Part shown: positions 1-6,928 of the stretch, piece after piece | Numbering within the stretch: the first letter of the stretch is position 1 | Layout: every line of letters begins with the position of its first letter | Assembly: GCA_043822705.1 (NCBI GenBank) | Contig: JBDRBK010000132.1 | Span: 1 to 10,276, forward strand | DNA length: 10,276 nt | Source of the DNA: Fidelibacterota bacterium | GTDB taxonomy: Bacteria; Fidelibacterota; Marinisomatia; Marinisomatales; TCS56 | Reading direction: 5' to 3' | Translations under genes and position numbers: made by a program | Notes under the pieces: generated by a model | Told to the model about the DNA's origin: nothing | The model's input: the letters and a program-made list of their open reading frames with translations, nothing else | The model's database searches: none

Positions 1-2
1 TT

Positions 3-269
3 CTGCGGTTTGCCGGACTGCTGGAGGATTCCCGCTGCCCGGTGGGCGTTGAATGCTTCTGGGAGGGGAACGGTCGCGTTATGATTGCCGCCACCCGGGG
101 TACCGGCGACAGTGCCGATCTGGAATTGAATACCGCGCTGGAGCCACGGACAGCGGAATTCGGCCTCTACCGGATCGGCCTGATCGAGCTGAAACCGTAT
201 CCCATTATCGATGCAGTCGTCGATTCTGCCGATTACCGGGTCATACTGCAGATAACGCGGAGCGACTGA
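3..269 (+). CDS. 5'-truncated conserved hypothetical protein with DSRCP-x4-C-x-W-x-G motif (probably exported or a lipoprotein)
   Basis: The frame of ORF 42..269 is open back to the window edge: LRFAGLLEDSRCPVGVECFWEGNGRV...LIELKPYP. EDSRCP..C.WEG and L.PYP are motifs I recognise from a widespread uncharacterised family. The real start lies upstream of the window, and the stop is 3 nt before the next ATG. Confidence 0.8.
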   Translation: MRFAGLLEDSRCPVGVECFWEGNGRVMIAATRGTGDSADLELNTALEPRTAEFGLYRIGLIELKPYPIIDAVVDSADYRVILQITRSD

Positions 270-272
270 GCC

Positions 273-1223
273 ATGCCGAAACTGTTGTATCGATTATTCT
301 TCATCTGGTGTTTGCTGCAAGTGGCCGCGGCGCAGGACCTGCAGCAGATTTGGAGTACTTACGCTGACAGTGACGAAAATCTGGCGCGCGCGGAAAGCAA
401 CTGCGAGCGATTGCGGGCGGACCAAACGGTCCTGCAGGCTGAAATCAGCGCGCTTCAGGAAAATCGGAACTGGTATAACGGCTGGATCAGTGAGTTGCTG
501 ATCGCGCGGAAGACGGCGACCGTGACGGTGCTGTCGGATTCGCTGACCGTAACAAGCCGACGCTGCCGGATTCTTGACGATCAACGGGAAGCGGCCTTTG
601 ACGAGCTCAAAAAAGCCTACCGGCAGGTTCTGAACACCGGTGAGCTCGACGTCCGGGACAAAGAACAGGCCATAGTCCTGGGTGATCTGATCCTGCGCCA
701 TGATGATGGAACACTCGAATTGCCGGATTATACCAATTTACTGACCAGAGAATTCGAAAACCAAGCCGTGGCCGAGCTCGTATTTCGTGATCTGCAGACG
801 TTGCTGGCATTTAAATTGGGATTGATCGATTCGGTTTTAGCGCAGCGACGGGAGGAACGGGAACTGCTGGAACGCCTGAATGAATTCCAGCGCGATCTCA
901 GCCTGCTGCAGGAATCCAACCGGGATTTGGTGGCACCGCCGGCAACACGAGCGGATTATTCCACAGCCGAAGCTGTCGATGGAACTGATGTTAATGCTAC
1001 ATTTGGTGGCTGGAATGAACCCGATAAAACCGGAGGCGGGCTGGAAAATGTCACCGCCATTGATCGCGAGCAATCCGGAGCCACGCCGGTGTCCGCAAGT
1101 GGCGACTATTTCGAGCGCCGCGGCTCGGCGGCGGCCGGGGAAATCGACCGCTTGCTGGCAAAACAGCGCCAGTACCGACAAATTCTGGATCGCCTTGGAA
1201 GCGAAATTTCGCAGCCGGATTGA
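273..1223 (+). CDS. exported (periplasmic) coiled-coil hypothetical protein, 316 aa
   Basis: GGAG at 259-262 precedes the ATG. Sec-type signal peptide MPKLLYRLFFIWCLLQVAAA|QD. Heptad-like E/Q/R/L-rich helices (ERLRADQTVLQAEISALQE; RREERELLERLNEFQRDLSLLQE), a low-complexity linker and a terminal helix. Confidence 0.8.
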   Translation: MPKLLYRLFFIWCLLQVAAAQDLQQIWSTYADSDENLARAESNCERLRADQTVLQAEISALQENRNWYNGWISELLIARKTATVTVLSDSLTVTSRRCRILDDQREAAFDELKKAYRQVLNTGELDVRDKEQAIVLGDLILRHDDGTLELPDYTNLLTREFENQAVAELVFRDLQTLLAFKLGLIDSVLAQRREERELLERLNEFQRDLSLLQESNRDLVAPPATRADYSTAEAVDGTDVNATFGGWNEPDKTGGGLENVTAIDREQSGATPVSASGDYFERRGSAAAGEIDRLLAKQRQYRQILDRLGSEISQPD

Positions 1224-2256
1224 ACCGTGGTTCGACCGGGTGCTGATCCTGGCGGTTTTCATGACGCGGCTCGGCGCGGTCGGCGCCGGGCTGCAGATTT
1301 CGACTTATTTTGACTCCAATGTAAGTGAAAGCAGTACCCGACCGATGTCCTCGCTGGGGCTCAAACTGCGCGGCAATCTGGAGCATGGTATAGTCGGTAA
1401 GACCTGGTCGGCCGGTGGTTATCTGCTGACCCAGACTTATCTGGATGCGATCTACCGGGAACAATCCAAAATGGTCGTCAATTCGGGCCTGAATCTGGGC
1501 TATAGAATATCGCCGGCGCTGCAGGCGGAAGCCAGCTTCGACCACTTTCAGAAGTCGTTTTACAGTGATTCCTATTCCTATCGCTGGTCCGATTACCGCG
1601 GCGGATTGGTTTATGGCGATCGCGACGGCCGCCGGACTACCAGACTATATTTACTCCGGCGCAGCACGGTTTATTCGGTATTGGATTCGATCAAAATTCT
1701 GTTCAGTGGCGGGGAATGGCGTTATACCGGCCGGTTCGACCAGCACTGGCTGCTGGCAATAATCAGTCGCGGCGGCCATACCGATTACGAAAATTATCCG
1801 GCCTGGGCCGTGGAGAACGATACCACACTGATCCCGTTGGACCATGATCAGTCCGACCGCCAGATTAGTGGCACCCTGCATTTTCGCTATCAGGGGCGAT
1901 TGATTTTTGGACTGGCGGGTGATTACGAGCTGAACAAATCCAATAGCGCAATCGGCGATTATCACCAATTCGGCGGTCGTGGTTATTTGTCCGCCAGATT
2001 GGGCGACAAAGTCATGCTGCACGTTATCATTCAGCGCGTAAATAAACTTTACCGGCGTGCCGATCTGGCGGGAATTTCAGCCTATCGCGATCCCGAGGAA
2101 CGGATTCAGAACCGCACTTACCTGCAACTGGAACGAACGCTTACCGCTAACGGAATCGGCTACCTGCAATTCAGCCTGCTGGCCAATGAAACTGTTCTAA
2201 ACCGCCAGTATTATAATAAGGGAATTGTCGAAGCCGGGATAAAATTCAAGCTATAG
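1195..2256 (+). CDS. predicted outer-membrane beta-barrel protein (DUF560/Slam-barrel or BBP2-like), about 353 aa
   Basis: An in-frame TTG at 1195 gives a signal-peptide-like N-terminus (MEAKFRSRIEPWFDRVLILAVFMTRLGA); ATG 1261 is the alternative start. About 16 alternating amphipathic strands by eye. The first strand ends YFDSNV, there is an NKSN..GDY loop, and the terminal strand is YYNKGIVEAGIKFKL. The start position is uncertain. Confidence 0.75.
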   Translation: MEAKFRSRIEPWFDRVLILAVFMTRLGAVGAGLQISTYFDSNVSESSTRPMSSLGLKLRGNLEHGIVGKTWSAGGYLLTQTYLDAIYREQSKMVVNSGLNLGYRISPALQAEASFDHFQKSFYSDSYSYRWSDYRGGLVYGDRDGRRTTRLYLLRRSTVYSVLDSIKILFSGGEWRYTGRFDQHWLLAIISRGGHTDYENYPAWAVENDTTLIPLDHDQSDRQISGTLHFRYQGRLIFGLAGDYELNKSNSAIGDYHQFGGRGYLSARLGDKVMLHVIIQRVNKLYRRADLAGISAYRDPEERIQNRTYLQLERTLTANGIGYLQFSLLANETVLNRQYYNKGIVEAGIKFKL

Positions 2257-2258
2257 CA

Positions 2259-2279
2259 GCCGAATGCCGATGCTTCGGC
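2259..2279 (+). terminator. GC hairpin just after the stop at 2256 (possible weak terminator or 3' stabiliser)
   Basis: GCCGAA (2259-2264) pairs with TTCGGC (2274-2279). No U-tract follows. Confidence 0.3.
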
Positions 2280-2320
2280 CAATGACTACGCATTTGATTT
2301 AAAAGTTGCCCGGAAGAATC

Positions 2321-2352
2321 TCAGATTTCTGAAACGTTTCACGGATTTCTGA
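2321..2352. promoter_or_regulatory. tandem palindromic sites, candidate upstream activator sequences for a sigma54 enhancer-binding protein
   Basis: Perfect palindrome TCAGA-TT-TCTGA at 2321-2332 and a degenerate copy ACGGA-TT-TCTGA at 2341-2352. GATTTCTGA is repeated at 20-bp spacing, about 100-120 bp upstream of the -24 element. Confidence 0.55.
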
Positions 2353-2399
2353 TACCCGGGTGGTTTTCAATCATCGGAGCCGATCGCCGGCAACCCCCC

Positions 2400-2422
2400 C
2401 ATCTTATTAATTTATCAGAAAT
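2400..2422. promoter_or_regulatory. AT-rich, IHF-like bending site
   Basis: CATCTTATTAATT (2400-2412) matches 7 of 9 defined positions of the reversed IHF consensus YAANNNNTTGATW. It lies between the palindromes and the -24/-12 element. Confidence 0.35.
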
Positions 2423-2442
2423 AGAAGCCAGAACGTGAATTT

Positions 2443-2458
2443 CGGCATATCCTTTGAA
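2443..2458 (+). promoter_or_regulatory. sigma54 (RpoN)-type -24/-12 promoter
   Basis: CGGCATA-TCCT-TTGAA versus consensus TGGCACG-N4-TTGCW, with exact GG-N10-G spacing and A in place of C at -12. It sits about 35 nt upstream of the ATG at 2493. Confidence 0.6.
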
Positions 2459-2492
2459 TACCTTGAGCTGGCAGCAAAACAAAGGAACAATG

Positions 2493-4316
2493 ATGGGACG
2501 ATTAAAACAAATTCTACTGATCGAGTCGACACTGATCGCGAACCTGTTGGCTTGGTACCCGGATTATTCGGTAATGGCGACCGATTTTGTCGTTCCGCGG
2601 AGCTTTCTGGCGCCTGCCAGAATTCAGTCAATCGGCCTGCAGTCGTTGGGACCGGACTTTTTCCGAATCTACCGGAACCCGGTCGATGATTCATTTCAGA
2701 ATCCGGCCTACCTGAAGCAGGTGTCGGGCAGTTATTTATATCTGGAAATCAGCGGTGATTCGGAGAATGAAACCAGCGTAGATAATAATGACGGCGTTTA
2801 TCGGGACTATTACATGACGGACATGTATCCCTATTACTGGTCCCCCTACCAGTACACCGAGGAGCCGGCGGTCGATGAGCCGATCGCCAGTCTGATTTAT
2901 CTCGGTCAACCGCTCAAGTGGCTGCCGTTGCGAGTCGGTGGCGCCTTTGAATATTATTTTGACCGGCAACCGTTTTATCAGCCCTACTGGTACGGTTGGG
3001 GCTGGCGCAACATGGATGCAGTAGGCGCGACTTATGAAACAAATCTGGTCGATCCCTATGATGATTACCGGGTCGTGGAAGCCGGCGACAATCTGCAGGA
3101 TGAGAAGGGATATCGTATCAATTCTTTCGCGGCTCTGCCCGTTCTGGGCCGACTGGTATTAGGCGCCCGGCTGACACTGCTGGAAAAATCAGTCGATGGT
3201 ATCTATACCGATCTGAATTTTAATGATGACAGTCAATGGGCCGATGAATATCTCAGCTTCAACAGCGATGAACGTCGGCGCGACCAGAATCTCAGTCAAC
3301 AGGATCTGGCCCTGGGAGTATTACTGAATCTCGGGGAGGCGACCCGATTCGGTGTGACAGTCGGGTATATCAATGGTGATATCGAGCGCGAACTGATCGA
3401 AAGCGATACCTCCCGGTATTACAGCCGTTATTTTTGGCAGGCCGATACGACTCACGGACAATATTACAACAGTTCCAGTGCCTACTCCTCCGCTAAAAAC
3501 TGGCAATATGACGGTGCCACCCAATATGGGGAAGCTCATGGAGACATTGGGGTAAATGAAGACGTCACCCTGCGCTTTTCCGCTTACTATGAAAAACGGC
3601 TGGCAGACCTGGTCGAGTCGGAATCGATGTGGCGGCACTCGTCCCATTTCAGCCATTACTGGAATTATTATGACACTACCGATTACGATTATGAGAACAA
3701 CTCCCACGCCAGCCTGGAGCGCAGCGGTACCGGGGAATATTCCTTTGACAATCTGCGGTTGAGTTTTGGCGCCGACTGGCGCTTAGCACCGGAAATCCGC
3801 TTTATCGGCGGTGTTGTTTTCGACCGCAAGAATGATCGGAAAACCGCCGATGAACCATTCCAGGGCGCGAAATATTCATATTACGGTAATAACTGGTATG
3901 AATATTATTCCAATGAATATACGCAGATCGATGATAAGCGCTTCAACTGGTGGCGGAAAGAAGCCTACGCCACGATTTCGGTTCCCACCGGCGTCATCGT
4001 AAACATCGGTGATAATCTGGAATTGAGTGTAGGCCTGACCAAGGTTATAAAAACGACGGATATCGACGAGGGTTACGACCTGATCGTATATCACGATGAA
4101 GAAATCCGGCAAATCGATGGAATGATTATCGCCAGTACCGACTCGGCTTACGTGGATGGGCACAGCTTCCCCGGCACCCATCTTTTCAGCGATGAATATC
4201 AAATGAACGCCGGCGTCGCCTTCAAATACCACGATAATTTTAAAATCACTGCCGCCCTGAAAGAATCGATCCTGGAGCCGCGGTCTTTTAAAATCGGTGC
4301 CGAATTTCACTGGTAG
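2493..4316 (+). CDS. outer-membrane beta-barrel protein, FadL/PorV-like (NPA motif), with long Tyr/Asp-rich loops, about 607 aa
   Basis: SD AAGGA at 2482-2486 favours ATG 2493 (or 2490) over TTG 2454. Signal-like N-terminus MGRLKQILLIESTLIANLLA. DSFQNPAYL resembles the NPA motif between hatch and barrel in FadL/OMPP1/PorV proteins. About 16 amphipathic strands and a C-terminal beta-signal FKIGAEFHW. Confidence 0.8.
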   Translation: MGRLKQILLIESTLIANLLAWYPDYSVMATDFVVPRSFLAPARIQSIGLQSLGPDFFRIYRNPVDDSFQNPAYLKQVSGSYLYLEISGDSENETSVDNNDGVYRDYYMTDMYPYYWSPYQYTEEPAVDEPIASLIYLGQPLKWLPLRVGGAFEYYFDRQPFYQPYWYGWGWRNMDAVGATYETNLVDPYDDYRVVEAGDNLQDEKGYRINSFAALPVLGRLVLGARLTLLEKSVDGIYTDLNFNDDSQWADEYLSFNSDERRRDQNLSQQDLALGVLLNLGEATRFGVTVGYINGDIERELIESDTSRYYSRYFWQADTTHGQYYNSSSAYSSAKNWQYDGATQYGEAHGDIGVNEDVTLRFSAYYEKRLADLVESESMWRHSSHFSHYWNYYDTTDYDYENNSHASLERSGTGEYSFDNLRLSFGADWRLAPEIRFIGGVVFDRKNDRKTADEPFQGAKYSYYGNNWYEYYSNEYTQIDDKRFNWWRKEAYATISVPTGVIVNIGDNLELSVGLTKVIKTTDIDEGYDLIVYHDEEIRQIDGMIIASTDSAYVDGHSFPGTHLFSDEYQMNAGVAFKYHDNFKITAALKESILEPRSFKIGAEFHW

Positions 4317-4343
4317 GGTCGTCACATAAAACGAGGAGAAACT

Positions 4344-5417
4344 ATGAAAACATCAAATTTGATTATGTGTTTGATTCTCTTTGCAGTAATTAATCTTCCT
4401 GCGGTAACGGCTGATGTTGACCGGCTGCTAAATTGCTCCGGCTGTCTGACGGAAAATCAGATTGCGGACAAATATTGTCGTAACTGCGGCGAGCCGCTGA
4501 CCGACGAGCAGAGTGACCTTCGCCGGCAGGAACAGGCTGTCGCCAACCGGAATGAACGCTTCAGCGTCCGCCGGGTGATGCCGCCGCGCTTGTTTACGGT
4601 GCCCACCGCCGATGTGCTGGGTTCTCTGGATATCAGCCTGGTCGGTGGCGGTGCTTTCGGTGTCGCAATCGGGCGGTCGTTCCTGGGCACGGTGGGTATC
4701 GGCCTGGGTGACCTGGCGGAAATTGAATTCAGCACGGTCGATCTGGTCAACAATATTTCCAGCGGCGCCACTGTTTTCCCCACCTCGGCCTTCAAACTGG
4801 TGTTGATTCCGGAGAAGGTCCGTTATCTGCCAAAAATTACAGTGGCGTTTCGCAGCTCGTCCAACTGGCAGAATGTTTACAGCGACGAATCAGTGCTAAA
4901 AGCAGATGCCGACTTGTGCGCAAGCGGGGTTAGTCAGATTGGATATGACACCAGATTTACGACTATGCATGCCGTCGCCAGCCAGCGCTTGCGTGGTTCC
5001 GGCTGGCATGCCGGGGTCAGTCTGACCGATGTGCGCGTCAAGGAACTGGCGGTTAATTATTACATTGAGGATAGTGTACTGGATCCGAATGAAAAACAGG
5101 TGAATCTGCCCGGTCTCTTTTTCGGGTTTGATATTGAATCCAATCCGCAGACCACGCTGATGTTCGAGGCAAAGACCGTTTCCAGCTACCAGTATAATGT
5201 AGATACCCAGATCATTGATGTGATCAACGCCTATATGGCGGTGGGCGGCGTGCGGTTTTTCTTCACGCCCTGGTTCTCGACCGATACCGGAGTCTGGTAT
5301 CACAGCTCTTTCCGGGGGATCGCCGACCTGCAGATCAAGATCGGGGTCAATCTGTTTATACCCACCGGCCACATGTCGCTCAGGATACCGGCGGCCCTGG
5401 CCGAACGCAATAAATGA
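4344..5417 (+). CDS. signal peptide + zinc ribbon + YjbH-like outer-membrane beta-barrel domain protein, 357 aa
   Basis: Strong SD GAGGAG at 4333-4338 and a signal peptide. CSGC-x10-CRNCGEPL is a zinc ribbon. RLFTVPTADVL followed by GLGDLAEIE resembles the start of YjbH-domain barrels. Amphipathic strands run to LQIKIGVNLFI. Confidence 0.75.
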   Translation: MKTSNLIMCLILFAVINLPAVTADVDRLLNCSGCLTENQIADKYCRNCGEPLTDEQSDLRRQEQAVANRNERFSVRRVMPPRLFTVPTADVLGSLDISLVGGGAFGVAIGRSFLGTVGIGLGDLAEIEFSTVDLVNNISSGATVFPTSAFKLVLIPEKVRYLPKITVAFRSSSNWQNVYSDESVLKADADLCASGVSQIGYDTRFTTMHAVASQRLRGSGWHAGVSLTDVRVKELAVNYYIEDSVLDPNEKQVNLPGLFFGFDIESNPQTTLMFEAKTVSSYQYNVDTQIIDVINAYMAVGGVRFFFTPWFSTDTGVWYHSSFRGIADLQIKIGVNLFIPTGHMSLRIPAALAERNK

Positions 5418-5857
5418 TGCAGCGTGGAATTCGTGTGCGGCGGGGAGGCCGCATTGTTCTGCTCGGCGGTCTGTTATTCGTGATTGCCTGCAGTTTCGGT
5501 CCCGTCGATGACCGCTACTATCGCTATTATGGTTATGACTCCACCGGCACGGCGATCGTGACCGGCTGGCTGGCCGTGGATTTACCCGAGGCCGGTGCGG
5601 TCCGTGGCGAGTGGATATTCAACCAACTGCTGGAATCGGAGATGGTCGGTCCGCAAATCGGTACCGGGAGCTTCGTCGGTACGGTCGACTCCAGCCGGAT
5701 CTGGATAAATTTGAATCCCGACTGGGTCGATAACAATGTCTTGCTGAATGGCGTTATCGCCGGCGCCGATATTACCGGAGAATGGTATTACAGTAGTTTT
5801 GCCGGACCGGTAAACAAAGGCAGTTTCACGGCAACAGGGAGCAAAAACAGGTATTGA
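5414..5857 (+). CDS. small all-beta lipoprotein, 147 aa
   Basis: ATGA/TGATG overlap with the upstream stop. Basic n-region, hydrophobic h-region and lipobox VIA|C (Cys26). Gly-rich beta-strands with an internal repeat (RGEW..GSFVGT / TGEW..GSFTAT). Confidence 0.8.
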   Translation: MMQRGIRVRRGGRIVLLGGLLFVIACSFGPVDDRYYRYYGYDSTGTAIVTGWLAVDLPEAGAVRGEWIFNQLLESEMVGPQIGTGSFVGTVDSSRIWINLNPDWVDNNVLLNGVIAGADITGEWYYSSFAGPVNKGSFTATGSKNRY

Positions 5858-5880
5858 AACGTTGAAAAAAATCGTAATTT
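5854..5880 (+). promoter_or_regulatory. possible housekeeping-sigma promoter for the T9SS cargo gene
   Basis: TTGAAA (5854-5859), a 15-nt spacer and TAATTT (5875-5880) in an AT-rich gap. The spacer is short. The same hexamer recurs in other intergenic regions of this window. Confidence 0.3.
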
Positions 5881-5899
5881 TAAACCATAGGGGGTTGGT

Positions 5900-6928
5900 A
5901 TGAAAAAATTGACATTGATAGCTTTACTGCTGGTTCTCAGTGGAGCGGTCCGCGCGCAGGCTGACAGTATTTTCACCGTGATCAGCGGCGATACGGTGAC
6001 GGTCTGGCACCAGCAGACCACCCGTAACTGCTGTTCGTTGTTCGACCTGCGGGTGACGATGAGCGATAACCTGATCACCATCACCGAGACCGACACGGCC
6101 GAATATCTGTGTTATTGCACCTGTACATTTGACCTATCAGTGGTGTTGACCGGACTGGGGTCCGGTTTCTATGTCGTGGAGATTTACGGTACCGATTATG
6201 TTCAACAGGCTTACTGGGGTTCGACTACATTTCAGCTGGGTGACGGTCTCGATGTATATAAGGCAGCAAAATCGGAGTGTCTGGTTTCTCGTGACGACAC
6301 TTCCTTCATCGAATTGCAGACCAGTGCCGATACCTTGAATCTGTTCTGGGATACGCCGGAGTTGAACTGTTGTCTCGAACCGGTCTGGTTCGGCTGGCTG
6401 ACGGCCGATACCTTTCATCTGACCATGACCGACGTCGGCGCGCCCTGTGATTGTCTCTGTCCCTTTGAGGTCAGCGCCGGGTTCGGTCCGTTTGCGGCCG
6501 GCACATATATTCTGGATTTCCTGGAGGGGACCTACGGTTACCCGCAGTTCACCATCGGCGATATTCGATCTACCACCGGATTGACCGTGGTGAGCCAGAA
6601 TCAGAGCGCCTGCTACCATGTCGCGGCCACGGCGGAAGATGCCCAGCCTCAGGAGTATTTGCTGTTGCCGGTCAGCCCCAATCCCTTTAATTCACGGGCC
6701 TGGATCGGATATTATCTGCCAACCACCGTCCCGGTCAGGCTGGAGATTTACGATATCCGTGGACGGTTGGTGACTACCCTGGTGGATCGGAATGAAGTAG
6801 CGGGTTTTAATTCGGTTGTTTGGGATGGAACCGACAAAAATGGTATGTCGGTTGGAACCGGTGTTTACTTATGCTATTTAAAGGCCGGACCTTACCAGCA
6901 GACCCAGAAACTGGTATTACTTAAATAA
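5900..6928 (+). CDS. secreted protein with T9SS type A / FlgD-Ig C-terminal sorting domain and two Cys-rich repeats, 342 aa
   Basis: Signal peptide MKKLTLIALLLVLSGAVRA|Q. The C-terminal domain has the hallmark motifs PNPFN, V.LEIYDIRGRLVTTLVD, VVWDGTDKNG..V.TGVY and TQKLVLLK. Confidence 0.92.
   Translation: MKKLTLIALLLVLSGAVRAQADSIFTVISGDTVTVWHQQTTRNCCSLFDLRVTMSDNLITITETDTAEYLCYCTCTFDLSVVLTGLGSGFYVVEIYGTDYVQQAYWGSTTFQLGDGLDVYKAAKSECLVSRDDTSFIELQTSADTLNLFWDTPELNCCLEPVWFGWLTADTFHLTMTDVGAPCDCLCPFEVSAGFGPFAAGTYILDFLEGTYGYPQFTIGDIRSTTGLTVVSQNQSACYHVAATAEDAQPQEYLLLPVSPNPFNSRAWIGYYLPTTVPVRLEIYDIRGRLVTTLVDRNEVAGFNSVVWDGTDKNGMSVGTGVYLCYLKAGPYQQTQKLVLLK
5963..6616 (+). repeat. two tandem ~112-aa Cys-rich domain repeats (protein-level)
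   Basis: Cys at aa 44,45,71,73,75,127 and at 157,158,183,185,187,238, with offsets of 111-113. Shared pattern DT..NCC..TD..CxCxCxF..G.Y..F.(L/I)GD.GL.V..SxC. Confidence 0.85.

Noticed and set aside
880..1194. N-terminal 105 codons of the 458-aa ORF 880..2256
   Set aside because: They overlap the 273..1223 gene in another frame and have an unnatural composition. A signal peptide appears only from TTG 1195. I saw no slippery site suggesting a frameshift fusion.
2454..2492. TTG start at 2454 for the large barrel
   Set aside because: It lies inside the putative -12 element. The SD AAGGA points to ATG 2490/2493.
3..6928. General enrichment of Bacteroidota O-glycosylation sequons D-S/T-(A/I/L/V/M/T) in the exported proteins
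   Set aside because: A hand count gives a density similar to that in the cytoplasmic kinase. Only the T9SS cargo shows local clustering.
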